Assembly: GCA_037387885.1 (NCBI GenBank)
Contig: JARRKQ010000009.1
Coordinates: forward strand, 1,601-65,600
Length of the DNA stretch: 64,000 nucleotides
Source: Alphaproteobacteria bacterium
Lineage (GTDB): Bacteria > Pseudomonadota > Alphaproteobacteria > JAPULJ01
Reading direction: 5' to 3'
The notes under the pieces are model-generated. The model searched no databases. It was not told the DNA's origin and saw only the letters and a program-made list of their open reading frames with translations. Below, piece by piece: positions 44,932-55,311 of the stretch. How positions within the stretch are numbered: the first letter of the stretch is position 1; every line of letters begins with the position of its first letter. A program made the translations under genes and the position numbers.

Positions 44932-45057
44932 ATGGAGCACGACGACACATTCTGGGGTGGCCTTGGCCAGTTCGTGCTGAGCCTGCTCGCCGGGCTGATG
45001 GGCGTACTGGCCGGCGCACCGGCCCTGCTGCTCCTGCTGACCCCGTTCCTGCTCTAA
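44932..45057 (+). CDS. 41-aa small membrane protein (paralog of 10477-10602)
   Basis: MEHDDTFWGGLGQFVLSLLAGLMGVLAGAPALLLLLTPFLL. RBS AAGGA upstream. Shares DDTFWG-x-[IL]GQ and its exact length with the other copy. Confidence 0.6.
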   Translation: MEHDDTFWGGLGQFVLSLLAGLMGVLAGAPALLLLLTPFLL

Positions 45058-45067
45058 GCAGGAGCGA

Positions 45068-45718
45068 TCAGGCGCCGCCAACCTCATCGAAGATCGCGTT
45101 GAACGCCTCGACCGCCGCTGCCGGTGCCTGTGGGTGGTCCCAGACCCCCGCCACGACCGCAAGGAAATCAGCCCCCGCCTCGACCAGCGTCCGCGCGTTC
45201 TCCACCGTGATCCCGCCGATCGCGACGCAGGGCACGACCATGAATTCCTGCCACCAGCGCAGAAGGTCGGGATCGGCCTTGGTCTTGGGCGCCTTCGTGC
45301 CGGTCGGAAAGAAGGCCCCGAAGGCAACGTAGTCGGCCCCCTTCTCTGCCGCGTCCATGGCGAGGTGGCGCGAATCGTGGCAGGTCACGCCGACGATGGC
45401 GTCGTCGCCCACCGCCAGGCGCGCCGCTTCGTAAGGCAAATCGTTCTGCCCGATATGCACCCCGTCGGCGCCGAGGTCGCGGGCCAGATCCGGCCGGTCG
45501 TTGACGATGAAGGCGACGTCGTGCGCGTGGCACACCGGCATCAGCGCCTCGCCCGCGCGCAGGATCGCCGCGTCGTCCACATCCTTCAGGCGAAGCTGCA
45601 GGCTCGCCACATCGCCCGCATCGAGCGCCGCGGCCAGCGTGTCCTTGAAGGACACGGGGTCGAATGCCGGCGGCGTGACCAGATAAAGCCGGCAACGGAC
45701 GCGGTCGTCCTCAGCCAT
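45068..45718 (-). CDS. thiE: Thiamine-phosphate synthase
   Basis: 216 aa. LYLVTP...LQLRLKD...[10 protein letters not shown]...VGVTCH...[11 protein letters not shown]...VAIGGI. Confidence 0.85.
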   Translation of the reverse strand: MAEDDRVRCRLYLVTPPAFDPVSFKDTLAAALDAGDVASLQLRLKDVDDAAILRAGEALMPVCHAHDVAFIVNDRPDLARDLGADGVHIGQNDLPYEAARLAVGDDAIVGVTCHDSRHLAMDAAEKGADYVAFGAFFPTGTKAPKTKADPDLLRWWQEFMVVPCVAIGGITVENARTLVEAGADFLAVVAGVWDHPQAPAAAVEAFNAIFDEVGGA

Positions 45719-45741
45719 TGCCCGGCATCCCCATCGTCGTC

Positions 45742-45820
45742 ATTCCCGCGAAAGCGGGAATCCATCGAGCAACCGGCACCGCATATGCCGGCAACCATGG
45801 ACCCCCGCTGTCGCGGGGGT
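45742..45820. repeat. Cluster of three short GC-rich hairpins (REP-like intergenic palindromes)
   Basis: ATTCCCGC-GAAA-GCGGGAAT (45742-45761), CCGGCA-N7-TGCCGG (45773-45791) and ACCCCCGC-TGTC-GCGGGGGT (45801-45820). Confidence 0.6.
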
Positions 45821-45853
45821 GACGGTCGGGCGTAAGCAACACAGAGCGCCCGC

Positions 45854-46771
45854 TCACTTGCCCTTATAGATATCGATGATCTGGCCGAGCAGCGCGAGCG
45901 CGTCTTCCTTCGGTCGCTGGAAGGAGTTGCGGCCGATAATCGAGCCGGTGCCGCCGCCGTCGCGGATCTGGCGGATCTCGTCGAGCAGCGCATCCGTCCC
46001 CTTGGCGCCGCCGCCGGAGAAGACCACGAGCCGCCGCCCGGCGAAGGCCGACTGCACGACATGGCCGATGCGATTGGAAAGCGTCGAGACGTCGATGCCG
46101 GCGCTCTCGTAGACCTTCTTGGCCTCGGGCTGCTCGATATGATCGGTCGGCGGCTTCACCTTGATGATATGCGCGCCCAGGAGGGCCGCCATATGCGCCG
46201 CGTAGGCTGTCACGTCGATCGCCGTCTCACCGTTCTTGGAGAGATTGCCGCCGCGCGGATAGGACCAGATGACCACGGCCAGTCCCACCGACTTCGCTTC
46301 TTCGGCGAGCTCGCGGATCTCCTCGATCATCTCGAACTGATCGTCGGAGCCGGGATAGATGGTGAAGCCGATCGCCGAGCAGCCGAGCCTGAGCGCGTCG
46401 CCCACCGAGGCGGTGATCGCCTGGTCCTTGCTGGTCGCGTGGCTGTTGGAGGAATTGACCTTGAGGATCGTCGGCACCGCGCCCGCGAAGCTGTCGGCGC
46501 CCGCCTCCAGCAATCCCAGCGGTGCGGCGAAGGCTGAAAGCCCCGCATCGACGGCGAGCTGATAATGATAGTGCGGATCGTAGCCCGGCGGGTTCGGCGC
46601 GAAGCTGCGCGCCGGCCCATGCTCGAAGCCTTGGTCGACCGGCAGGATCACCAGCTTGCCCGTGCCGGCGAGCTTGCCGTGCATCAGAATACGGGCGAGG
46701 TTCGCCTTTGTGCCGGGACAATCGCTCTCGTAATTCGCCAGGATACGCCGGACGCGTTGGGTGACTTTCAT
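45854..46771 (-). CDS. fba: Class I fructose-bisphosphate aldolase (DhnA/FbaB type)
   Basis: MKVTQRVRRILANYESDCPGTKANLARILMHGKLAGTGKLVILPVDQGFEHGP... Followed by thiE, as in many alphaproteobacteria. Confidence 0.85.
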   Translation of the reverse strand: MKVTQRVRRILANYESDCPGTKANLARILMHGKLAGTGKLVILPVDQGFEHGPARSFAPNPPGYDPHYHYQLAVDAGLSAFAAPLGLLEAGADSFAGAVPTILKVNSSNSHATSKDQAITASVGDALRLGCSAIGFTIYPGSDDQFEMIEEIRELAEEAKSVGLAVVIWSYPRGGNLSKNGETAIDVTAYAAHMAALLGAHIIKVKPPTDHIEQPEAKKVYESAGIDVSTLSNRIGHVVQSAFAGRRLVVFSGGGAKGTDALLDEIRQIRDGGGTGSIIGRNSFQRPKEDALALLGQIIDIYKGK

Positions 46772-46934
46772 CGGGAAAAGCTCGCTGCTATCGGGTTGGT
46801 ACCGGTGCCAGGATTTGGGGTCGCCGCTCGAAACGGACGGGCCGGCGCGCACAACTTGGTGCGGCCATCCTTAAGATCCTGTGATTATCCCACAAGTGAG
46901 GCGTTTGCAAACCCGTGTCCGATCGGGGCGGAGA

Positions 46935-47426
46935 TCAGCCTGAAAGCAGGCCGAACGCCGCCGCCTCCGGATCGCGGATCTCCGCCATATCGAGGGACAC
47001 AGGCAACTCCGTCAGGACGCGCATACCCGATTGCTCAGCCATATCCGCGAGCTTTGCCGCGACCTCGGGCGCACCGCGGAAACACACCGCCTCAATCCCC
47101 TCGCGCAATGCTGCCATGGCGTCACCGGGCCGCTCGCCGCAATCGAGCACCGCAAGGGCGCACGCGTCCGGCTCGGCCTCGCGGGCCGCGGCAATGATAG
47201 CCCCGAACATTCCGGGCCCCATCGACGCCGACGCATCGGGTGAGCTCGCCAGCACGACTGCCCGGCCGGCGCGCACCGCTGCCCCCAGCGCTGCCGTCGC
47301 TTGCGCTGCCGTGTGGACGACGATGACCGGGCCCTCGCCCCAGACCTCACCGTTCACCTCACCGTCCATCTCGCCATCGCTCTCGCCATCACTCTCGCCA
47401 TCACTCTCGTATGACCTTCGTGACAT
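46935..47426 (-). CDS. Hypothetical protein with N-terminal acidic [E-x-D/N-G] tandem repeat; start uncertain (47426, 47459 or 47537)
   Basis: MSRRSYESDGESDGESDGEMDGEVNGEVWGEGPVIVVHTAAQATAALGAAVRAG... No family recognised. Confidence 0.5.
   Translation of the reverse strand: MSRRSYESDGESDGESDGEMDGEVNGEVWGEGPVIVVHTAAQATAALGAAVRAGRAVVLASSPDASASMGPGMFGAIIAAAREAEPDACALAVLDCGERPGDAMAALREGIEAVCFRGAPEVAAKLADMAEQSGMRVLTELPVSLDMAEIRDPEAAAFGLLSG
47344..47410. repeat. About 5.5 copies of a degenerate 12-nt in-frame tandem repeat
   Basis: ACCTCACCGTTC / ACCTCACCGTCC / ATCTCGCCATCG / CTCTCGCCATCA / CTCTCGCCATCA / CTCTCG..., encoding ESDG/EMDG/EVNG units on the minus strand. Confidence 0.8.
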
Positions 47427-47551
47427 CTCGTCTCGCAGTCTAAATCCTTTCTTGCGCATAACGTGCCATGTGAATAGGTCATGATCGGCCGGTCCGGCGG
47501 CGTGATGGGCCCGGCGCACGGCGTTTTCTGCCGCCAAGCGGAGCAGCTTCG

Positions 47552-48661
47552 ATGAGCCCCCGAGACGACCAGCCTGAGCAATCGGACAAGAACGCCCAAA
47601 CGAAATCCCGGAACGGTAGGCGGAGCTGGATCAGGGAGCCGTTCTCGCGGCGCCGGCGCGTCTGGACCGTGGGCGCGCTTCTGCTCACCGCTGCCGTCGT
47701 CTGGGGCGTCGCCACCGCCTTCGAACGGCCCACGGTCACCGTGGTTCCGGTCAGCCGTGGCCCGGCGGTCGAGGCGGTTTACGCGACCGGCGTGATCGAG
47801 CCGGTGCATTGGGCCAAGGTGGCACCCACCATCGTCGGGCGCATCGCCGAGGTCGACAAGCGCGACGGCGCCAAGGTCAAGAAGGGTGACGTGCTGATGC
47901 GCCTCGACGACCGCGAGGCCAAGGCCAATCTCGCCCAGCTCGAGGCACGCCTCAAATTCACCCGCGAAGAGCTCGAACGCTACCAGGCGCTCGTGCAGCG
48001 TCGGATCACCAGCCAGCAGGCCTACGAGCGCGCCCGCTCCGACCACGTCCAGGCGCTTGCCACGGTCGCCGCCGCCCGCCAGCGCCTCAACGACTACACG
48101 CTGACGGCGCCGCTTGACGGCATCGTATTGCGCCACGACGGCGAGGTCGGCGAGACCGTCTCGGCCGGCCAGGTCCTGTACTGGGTCGGGCGCGAATACC
48201 CGCTCCGTGTGGTCGCCGAGGTCGACGAGGAGGACATTCCGCTGGTGAAGCTCGGGCAGAAGGCGCTGCTGACCGCCGATGCCTTCGGCGAGCGCGTGTT
48301 TGCTGGAAAGGTGGCGGAGATCACGCCCAAGGGCGATCCCGTCAACAAGAACTACCGGGTTCGGGTCGCCATCCCCGACACCACGCCGCTGCGCATCGGC
48401 ATGACGACCGAGGTCAACATCGTCGTTCGGGAGCGAAAGCGCGCGCTCCTCGTGCCCTTCTCCGCCTTGCGCAAGGGCGCGGTCTTCACCGTCGTCGATG
48501 GGCGCGCGCGGCGCAAGACGGTCAATGCCGGCATCGTCGGCGACACGCAGGTGGAGATCCGCGGCGGCCTTCTGGACGGTGAGCTCGTCATTGTTAATCC
48601 GCCCGAGGGCCGTGAGGATGGCGACCGGGTTCGCGCCAAACCCGCCACGCCCGCGAGCTGA
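47552..48661 (+). CDS. HlyD-family periplasmic adaptor (MacA-like membrane fusion protein)
   Basis: N-terminal TM, barrel-sandwich/coiled-coil pattern (VKKGDVLMRLDDREAKANLAQLEARLKFTREELERYQAL...APLDGIVL). Confidence 0.8.
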   Translation: MSPRDDQPEQSDKNAQTKSRNGRRSWIREPFSRRRRVWTVGALLLTAAVVWGVATAFERPTVTVVPVSRGPAVEAVYATGVIEPVHWAKVAPTIVGRIAEVDKRDGAKVKKGDVLMRLDDREAKANLAQLEARLKFTREELERYQALVQRRITSQQAYERARSDHVQALATVAAARQRLNDYTLTAPLDGIVLRHDGEVGETVSAGQVLYWVGREYPLRVVAEVDEEDIPLVKLGQKALLTADAFGERVFAGKVAEITPKGDPVNKNYRVRVAIPDTTPLRIGMTTEVNIVVRERKRALLVPFSALRKGAVFTVVDGRARRKTVNAGIVGDTQVEIRGGLLDGELVIVNPPEGREDGDRVRAKPATPAS

Positions 48662-48667
48662 CCCCTC

Positions 48668-49912
48668 ATGCCGCTCGCCTTCGACATCGCGCTGACCCAT
48701 CTCCTCACCCGCAAGCGTCAGACCGCGGTTTCAATGCTCGGGGTGGCGATGGGGGTCGGTTTCGCGATCGCCATGGCCGGGCTGATGGACGGCTTTCAGA
48801 CCTATTTCGTCTCCAAGGTCATCGACGTTACGCCGCACATCATCATGAAGGACGAATTCCGCACGCCGCCGGTCCAGCCCGCGGCCATTCGCTATAGCCA
48901 CGGCGCCTTTTCCCTGCGCGGCGTGCGGCCACGCGACGAAATCCGCGGCATCCGACGCGCCCAAAGCATCATCACCTCGCTCTCGCGCCGCGAAAACCTG
49001 TCGGTCGCGCCTACCCTCGAGGGCCAGGTGTTTCTGCGCTACGGCTCCAAGGATGTCGGCGCCAGCCTGATCGGCATCGAACCCGACCGCCAGCGCACCG
49101 TGAGCAACCTCGAGCGCGATCTCACCGCCGGCTCGCTCGACGCCCTCAAGACCTCGGCCAACGGCCTCATCGTCGGCCTCGACCTCGCGCGCAAGCTCGG
49201 CGTCAAGATGCGCGACACCGTCACCGCCGTCTCGCCCGCCGGCGTGATCCTCAAGATGAAGATCGTCGGCATTTTCCGCACCGGGCTCATCAATCTCGAC
49301 GGCAGCACCGCTTACGCGCTCTTGAAGAAGGTCCAGGTGCTGCAGAAGCGCACCAACGTGATCAACCAGATCAACATGCGCCTGAAGGACGCCGATCAAG
49401 CCCGCCGCGTCGCCGCCTCGATCGAGCGGCGCTTCCGCTACCGCACCGAATCCTGGCAGGAGGCGAACGAGGGCGTGCTCGGCGTCTTCGTCATCCAGCA
49501 CGCCATCATGTACGCCACCACCGGCGCCATCCTCGTCGTCGCCTGCTTCGGCATCTTCAACGTCATCTCCACCATCATTTTCGAGAAGACCCGCGACATC
49601 GCCATCCTGAAATCGATGGGCTTCGAGGAACGCGATATCCGCACGATCTTCCTCATCGAAGGCGTCGCGGTGGGCGTCCTCGGCAGCCTGCTCGGATGGG
49701 GCCTTGGCTACGCGCTTCTTCAGTTGCTGGCCAGCGTGAAGTTCGACGTCGAAGGCATTGTAAAACTGCAGGGATTCGTCCTCAACTCGACCTGGGTTCA
49801 TTACGCTGTGGGCACCGCCGCGGCGATGGGCTCCGCGGCCTTTGCGGCTTATCTGCCGGCGCGCAAGGCGGCGCGTCTGCGGCCGGTCGACATCATCCGG
49901 GGCGCGGCATGA
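48668..49912 (+). CDS. ABC transporter permease, FtsX/LolC-E/MacB type
   Basis: 414 aa. TM1, a large periplasmic domain, then three C-terminal TMs. FtsX-like ILKSMGFEERDIRTIFLIEG. Confidence 0.8.
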   Translation: MPLAFDIALTHLLTRKRQTAVSMLGVAMGVGFAIAMAGLMDGFQTYFVSKVIDVTPHIIMKDEFRTPPVQPAAIRYSHGAFSLRGVRPRDEIRGIRRAQSIITSLSRRENLSVAPTLEGQVFLRYGSKDVGASLIGIEPDRQRTVSNLERDLTAGSLDALKTSANGLIVGLDLARKLGVKMRDTVTAVSPAGVILKMKIVGIFRTGLINLDGSTAYALLKKVQVLQKRTNVINQINMRLKDADQARRVAASIERRFRYRTESWQEANEGVLGVFVIQHAIMYATTGAILVVACFGIFNVISTIIFEKTRDIAILKSMGFEERDIRTIFLIEGVAVGVLGSLLGWGLGYALLQLLASVKFDVEGIVKLQGFVLNSTWVHYAVGTAAAMGSAAFAAYLPARKAARLRPVDIIRGAA

Positions 49913-50649
49913 GTACGCCCGTCATCGAAGCGCGCAACGTGACCCGCGTGCTGCCGGGCGTGATCCCGGTGACGCTGGTGCGCGACGTCAACATGAGCGT
50001 AGATCAGGGCGAGTTCGTCTCGATCGTGGGCCCGTCGGGATCCGGCAAGTCGTCGCTGCTCTATCTGCTCGGCCTGCTCGACGTGCCGACCGAGGGCGAG
50101 CTCTATCTTCAGGGCATCGAGACCAGCACGCTCGAAGATCATGAGATGGCCAGGCTGCGCCTGGAAAAGCTCGGCTTCGTCTTCCAGTTCCACTTCCTGC
50201 TGCCCGAATTCGATGCGCTGACGAACATCATGGTGCCGATGCGGCGTCTGGGGAAAATGAGCTACCGGGCGATGCGCGACAGGGCCCGCCAGCTCCTCGC
50301 CGATTTCGGCCTCGAGGAAGCGGCTGACAAGCGCCCCGGTCAGCTCTCCGGCGGCATGCGCCAGCGCGTCGCCGTCGCCCGCGCGCTGGCCAACGACCCG
50401 CTCGTCATCCTCGCCGACGAGCCCACGGGCAACCTCGACCAGAAAAGCGGCCGCAACGTCTTCGACATCTTCGAGCGTCTGGTCGACGACATGGGCACCA
50501 CCATCATCGCCGTCACCCACGACGAGCATCTGGCCGCCTTGACCCAACGCCAGATCACCATCGTCGACGGTGTGATCCACACCGACCACAAGGTTAACAG
50601 GGGGTTGCCGCCGACCGGCAATGAGGACCGTCCGGGTCATGGAATCTAG
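49909..50649 (+). CDS. ABC transporter ATP-binding protein (LolD/MacB-type)
   Basis: ATGA overlap with the permease. Walker A GPSGSGKSS, signature LSGGMRQR, Walker B ILADEPTGNLD. Confidence 0.85.
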   Translation: MSTPVIEARNVTRVLPGVIPVTLVRDVNMSVDQGEFVSIVGPSGSGKSSLLYLLGLLDVPTEGELYLQGIETSTLEDHEMARLRLEKLGFVFQFHFLLPEFDALTNIMVPMRRLGKMSYRAMRDRARQLLADFGLEEAADKRPGQLSGGMRQRVAVARALANDPLVILADEPTGNLDQKSGRNVFDIFERLVDDMGTTIIAVTHDEHLAALTQRQITIVDGVIHTDHKVNRGLPPTGNEDRPGHGI

Positions 50650-50848
50650 CCGGCAGTCGTGAATTCCCCCTTGCGCATTTCGCGAAAACGCCCAATTGTG
50701 TGGCGCGGGTTACAAGCGACCCTGGCATACCCTCGCGAGCGGCCTTCAGCCTAGACGAGATGATCCCAGTAGTTGTGGCCTGTTGAGTGCGTTGCGGCGG
50801 CCGTCCCAGGACGGTTCTCCGTATAGTGATTGTGTGAAAGGAGTTGCC

Positions 50849-51058
50849 ATGCCTGCTGGCACCGTTAAGTGGTTCAACCCTGTTAAGGGTTATGGTTTCA
50901 TCGAGCCGGAGGAAGGCGGCAAGGATGTGTTCGTGCATATCTCTGCCGTCCAGCGCGCCGGTATGGAGACCTTGCGCGAAGGCCAGAAGATCCAGTTCGA
51001 AGTCGTCCCCGGGCGGGACGGCAAGACGTCGGCGGACAACCTAGTCGCCCAGGACTAG
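50849..51058 (+). CDS. cspA: Cold-shock protein (CspA family)
   Basis: [34 protein letters not shown]... (69 aa). RBS AAAGGAG. About 150-200 nt of non-coding leader upstream. Confidence 0.9.
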   Translation: MPAGTVKWFNPVKGYGFIEPEEGGKDVFVHISAVQRAGMETLREGQKIQFEVVPGRDGKTSADNLVAQD

Positions 51059-51064
51059 CTGAAT

Positions 51065-51097
51065 CGCCCGGCCCCGCAAGGAATGCGGGGCCGGGCG
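51065..51097 (+). terminator. Strong hairpin after cspA
   Basis: CGCCCGGCCCCGC-AAGGAAT-GCGGGGCCGGGCG. Perfect 13-bp stem with a weak U-tract (CACCGCTTTC). Confidence 0.5.
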
Positions 51098-51245
51098 CAC
51101 CGCTTTCACGCCGCGGCCAGCGCGGCGTTTCAATATGAGAGTCGCGGCGTTCGCGGGCGCCGTGCTCGCTATCATTGTCCCGTCGATAACCGCACCGCGT
51201 GCGGCCACGGGAACCAAATTCCTAATCGAAGGAGTAGGTCCATCT

Positions 51246-51428
51246 ATGGCAAGAAAGCCCAATTACAGCTTTGAGAAACGCGAACGTGAGCGCGCCAAGG
51301 CCGCCAAGAAGGCCGCGCGCCTCGCCGCCAAGGCCGAGAAAGCCGAGGCGCGCAAAGCCGAGCTGGAAGGCAGCGACGGTGGCGCGCACGACGACGCACC
51401 GGCCGCCGAGCGCTCGCCCGGAGAATAA
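51246..51428 (+). CDS. Small basic Lys/Ala-rich protein (60 aa)
   Basis: RBS GAAGGAG 9 nt upstream. MARKPNYSFEKRERERAKAAKKAARLAAKAEKAEARKAELEG... Confidence 0.5.
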   Translation: MARKPNYSFEKRERERAKAAKKAARLAAKAEKAEARKAELEGSDGGAHDDAPAAERSPGE

Positions 51429-51511
51429 CATAGTATTCAGGGACTTGGCGCCCGATGGGCCGCTCGGCGGCCCCGGGGCCACCCTCACAAAAATTTGAAC
51501 ACACATAGGAC

Positions 51512-51530
51512 CGCCGGCCATTGGCCGGCG
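51512..51530. terminator. Bidirectional terminator between the small ORF and gap
   Basis: CGCCGGCC-ATT-GGCCGGCG followed by TTTCC on the plus strand. Lies 26 nt beyond the gap stop on the minus strand. Confidence 0.55.
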
Positions 51531-51555
51531 TTTCCGTGTCGGCGGGGCTATCCGC

Positions 51556-52557
51556 TCAGCCGAGCTTGCCCATCGCGACGGCGGTATCCGACATCCGGTT
51601 GGAGAAGCCCCACTCGTTGTCGTACCAGGAGAGCACGCGGCAGAAGCTGCCCTCGATCACCTGGGTCTGGGTCGCATCGAAGGTCGAGCTCGCCGGATTG
51701 TGGTTGAAGTCGCTCGAGACGAGCGGCGCCGTGTTGACCTCCAGAATGCCCTTGAGCCGCCCGCCGGTCGCCTGATTGATGGCGCCGTTGATCTCCTCGA
51801 CCGAGGTGTCACGCGGCGTGTTGAACTTGAAGTCGATCACCGAGACGTTCGGCGTCGGCACCCGGATCGAGGTGCCGTCGAGCTTGCCGTTCAACTCCGG
51901 CAGCACGAGGCCCACCGCGCGCGCCGCCCCCGTCGAGGTGGGGATCATCGACATCGCCGCCGCCCGCGCCCGCCGCAGATCCTTGTGCAGCGTATCGAGC
52001 ACCGGCTGGTCGCCCGTATAGGCGTGGATCGTGGTCATGAAGCCGCGCTCGATGCCGATCGCCTGGTTGAGCACATGCGCCACGGGCGCGAGGCAGTTCG
52101 TCGTGCACGACGCGTTGGAGACCACCGTGTGACCGGCCTCGAGCTTGTCGTCGTTGACGCCGTAGACGACGGTGATGTCGGCCCCGCTCGCCGGAGCGGA
52201 GACCAGCACGCGTTTCGCCCCCTGCTCCAGATGGACGCTCGCCTTTTCCTTGGAGGCGAAGATGCCGGTGCATTCGAGCACCACATCGACCCCCGACCAG
52301 TCGAGCTTCGTGGGGTCACGCTCGGCGGTCACGCGGATCTTGCCGGTGCCGGGATCGAGCCAGTCGTCGCCGGTCTTCACCTCGCCCGGCAGGGTGCCGT
52401 GGACGCTGTCGTATTTCAGCAGATGCGCATTGGTCTCCACCGGGCCCAGATCGTTGATCGCGACGAACTCGATGTCGTCGCGCTTGGCCTCCAGCGCCGC
52501 CCGCAGGATCAGCCGCCCGATCCGCCCAAACCCGTTGATCGCAACCTTCACGCCCAT
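51556..52557 (-). CDS. gap: Glyceraldehyde-3-phosphate dehydrogenase (type I)
   Basis: 333 aa. [30 protein letters not shown]. Confidence 0.95.
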   Translation of the reverse strand: MGVKVAINGFGRIGRLILRAALEAKRDDIEFVAINDLGPVETNAHLLKYDSVHGTLPGEVKTGDDWLDPGTGKIRVTAERDPTKLDWSGVDVVLECTGIFASKEKASVHLEQGAKRVLVSAPASGADITVVYGVNDDKLEAGHTVVSNASCTTNCLAPVAHVLNQAIGIERGFMTTIHAYTGDQPVLDTLHKDLRRARAAAMSMIPTSTGAARAVGLVLPELNGKLDGTSIRVPTPNVSVIDFKFNTPRDTSVEEINGAINQATGGRLKGILEVNTAPLVSSDFNHNPASSTFDATQTQVIEGSFCRVLSWYDNEWGFSNRMSDTAVAMGKLG

Positions 52558-52638
52558 CTCGTCACACCCTCCAAAATCCGTTGTCGGCTAATGCCCTTGC
52601 CTGGCGCCAACCGGCCGGAAACGCCCAGCCCAAAACGC

Positions 52639-53022
52639 TCAGCCGGGCGCATGGCATACAGCCTCAATATTGTGTCCGTCGGGGTCGAGGACAAATGCAC
52701 CGTAGTAATGCTCGTGATAGTGCGGACGCAGTCCAGGGCCGCCATTGTCGCGCCCACCCGCCGCGATCGCAGCAGTATAGAATGCATCGACCTGATCGCG
52801 GGTCTGCGCCCGAATGGCGACGTGCGAACGGATCGACGGCACGCCGTCCTGCCCGATCCAGAAATCAGGCGCCTCGGCGCCGAACCCGACCGCCGGATGC
52901 CCGCCGGTCATCTCCGCGCTCACCTCCATCAGGACCGCGTAGCCGAGAGGTGCCAGCGCCTTCTCGTAGAAGGGCTTGCTGACCGCAAGGTCGGATACGC
53001 TGACGCCGATATGATCGATCAT
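52639..53022 (-). CDS. VOC/glyoxalase-family protein
   Basis: 127 aa. [28 protein letters not shown]...[15 protein letters not shown]. Confidence 0.75.
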   Translation of the reverse strand: MIDHIGVSVSDLAVSKPFYEKALAPLGYAVLMEVSAEMTGGHPAVGFGAEAPDFWIGQDGVPSIRSHVAIRAQTRDQVDAFYTAAIAAGGRDNGGPGLRPHYHEHYYGAFVLDPDGHNIEAVCHAPG

Positions 53023-55061
53023 CCGAGCCGCTCCTTCGCCGCGGCCACGACGGCCTCGGCCGTGATCCCGAAATGCTTGTAAAGCTCGCCCGCCGGCGCC
53101 GAGGCGCCGAAGGAGCGCATGCCGACGAAGCCGCCCTTGGGTCCGATCCAGCGTTCCCAGCCGAACTCGACCGCCGCCTCGACCGCGACCCGGACACCGC
53201 CCTCATCGCCCAAAACCGTGCTGCGATAGCCCGCATCCTGCGCCGCGAAAAGCTCCCAGCACGGCATTGAGACGACCGCCGCGCCGATGCCTTCAGCCTG
53301 CAGCATCTCGCGCGCGGCCATGGCGATCTCGACCTCCGATCCGGTGGCGAGCAGCGTCACCGCGCGCGATCCCTCGGCGTCCGCGATCACGTAGGCGCCG
53401 CGGGCGCAGCGGTTCTCGTCAGTGTAAGCATCGCGCAGCTCCGGCAGTCCCTGACGCGTCAACGCCAGAACGGAGGGCGCGTCAGCGCTTTCGAGGGCCA
53501 AGGCCCAGCACTCCGCCGTCTCGCTCAGATCGGCCGGGCGATAGACGTTGAGGCCGGGGATCGCGCGCAGCGCCGCCAGATGCTCGACCGGCTGATGCGT
53601 CGGCCCATCCTCGCCGAGCCCGATCGAATCGTGCGTCATCACATAGACGACACGGAGGCCCATCAGTGCTGAGAGCCGGATCGACGGCCGCGCATAGTCG
53701 GTGAAGACAAGGAAGGTCCCGCCATACGGCACCACGCCCTTGTGCAGCGCCAGGCCGTTCATCACCGCCGCCATCCCGTGCTCGCGCACGCCGTAATAGA
53801 CGTAGGCCGGCAACGGGAACGAGCCCGGCGAGACGACGCCTTCCGATGCCGCCTTGGTGTTGTTCGAGCCCGTGAGATCGGCCGAGCCGCCAACCAGCTC
53901 CGGCATCACCTCGGCCAATGCGTCGAGGGTCTTGCCCGAGGAAACGCGCGTCGCCTGCTTGGGCTTTTCCTCCGCCGCCATACGCTTCACGCCGTCGATC
54001 GCGCCGGCGAAGCCCTCCGGCAACGCTCCCGACTGGAACCGCTCGAAGGTGTCCCGCGTTTCCGTATCGAGCGCCGCGATGCGCGCCTGCCAATCGGCCC
54101 GCGGTTCGGCGCCGCGACCGCCCGCGGCGCGCCAGGCCGCCAGGATGTCGCCCGGGATCTCGAAGGGTGGATGGGGCCAGCCGAGCGCCTCGCGCGCGCC
54201 GGCGATCTCGTCGGCGCCCAACGGGCTGCCATGCGCACCCGACGTCCCCGCCTTGGTCGGCGCGCCGTAGGCGATGGTCGTCTTGCAGGCGATCAGCGAG
54301 GGCTTGTCCTCGGCCTTCGCCGCCGCGATCGCCGCATCGACGGCCTCCGGATCGTGCCCGTCGACCGACTGCACCGCCCAGCCGCTGGCCGTAAAGCGCG
54401 CCAATTGGTCGTCGGTGACCGAGAGATCGGTCGGCCCGTCGATCGAGATCGAATTGTCGTCGAACAGCACGATCAAACGGTCGAGCTTCAGATGGCCGGC
54501 GAACGAGATCGCCTCGTGGCTGATCCCCTCCATGAGACAACCGTCGCCGGCGATCACGAAGGTATGATGGTCGACCGCACCCTTGCCGAATCGCTCGGCC
54601 AGCAGCCGCTCGGCCAAAGCCATGCCGACCGCGTTGGCAAGCCCCTGCCCCAAGGGCCCGGTCGTCGTCTCGATGCCGCTCGCGTGGCCGTATTCGGGAT
54701 GGCCCGCCGTGCGTGCGCCGAGCTGGCGGAAGTCGCGCAGCTGCTCGAGCGTCATGTCCTCATAGCCGGTGAGGTAGAGCAGCGCATAGAGCAGCATCGA
54801 GCCATGGCCCGCCGACAGCACGAAGCGATCGCGGTCGGGCCAATCGGGATGCGCGGGATCGAATTTCAGATGGCGCGTGAACAACACCGTCGCGACATCG
54901 GCCATGCCCATCGGCATGCCCGGATGGCCGGACTTGGCGGCTTCGACCGCGTCCATCGCCAGCGCGCGGATCGCGTTCGCCATATCGGCATGGGGAACGG
55001 CTGCGGCATCGCCGGCGGGCGCCGCCGAATGCGGATTGCTGACGGAGTTTTCTGCTTCCAT
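53019..55061 (-). CDS. tkt: Transketolase
   Basis: [59 protein letters not shown]. Start chosen at MEAENSV (the ORF opens at 55190). Confidence 0.95.
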   Translation of the reverse strand: MEAENSVSNPHSAAPAGDAAAVPHADMANAIRALAMDAVEAAKSGHPGMPMGMADVATVLFTRHLKFDPAHPDWPDRDRFVLSAGHGSMLLYALLYLTGYEDMTLEQLRDFRQLGARTAGHPEYGHASGIETTTGPLGQGLANAVGMALAERLLAERFGKGAVDHHTFVIAGDGCLMEGISHEAISFAGHLKLDRLIVLFDDNSISIDGPTDLSVTDDQLARFTASGWAVQSVDGHDPEAVDAAIAAAKAEDKPSLIACKTTIAYGAPTKAGTSGAHGSPLGADEIAGAREALGWPHPPFEIPGDILAAWRAAGGRGAEPRADWQARIAALDTETRDTFERFQSGALPEGFAGAIDGVKRMAAEEKPKQATRVSSGKTLDALAEVMPELVGGSADLTGSNNTKAASEGVVSPGSFPLPAYVYYGVREHGMAAVMNGLALHKGVVPYGGTFLVFTDYARPSIRLSALMGLRVVYVMTHDSIGLGEDGPTHQPVEHLAALRAIPGLNVYRPADLSETAECWALALESADAPSVLALTRQGLPELRDAYTDENRCARGAYVIADAEGSRAVTLLATGSEVEIAMAAREMLQAEGIGAAVVSMPCWELFAAQDAGYRSTVLGDEGGVRVAVEAAVEFGWERWIGPKGGFVGMRSFGASAPAGELYKHFGITAEAVVAAAKERLG

Positions 55062-55311
55062 TACGTCTCGCTTGGGGGGCGTCTCGCTTGGGACGTCTCG
55101 TTCAGGCGGGTGGAGCCGGCCCATAAAATTTGCCGCAGCGACCCCCCGAGTGATGGCGCCGAAGATGCCGGGGCAGACCCGCCGGGTCAACGGGATTCAG
55201 GCCGCAATTGGCCGCGCGGACGGGCGACGATCAGCGGGGCGACGGAATGGATGCTCGCCCGCTTTGCCGGTACTATCGCACGGGCGAGCAACGCCGGTGG
55301 GATCGTCACTC

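Noticed and set aside
46772-51555. pgk is absent between gap and fba. A 4.8-kb block with opposite-strand HlyD/FtsX/ABC genes and cspA occupies the interval, so a possible insertion displacing pgk was considered.
   Set aside because: gap-pgk-fba adjacency is common but not universal. The block has native composition and no mobility genes or flanking repeats that I could find. This cannot be judged without comparative genomes.
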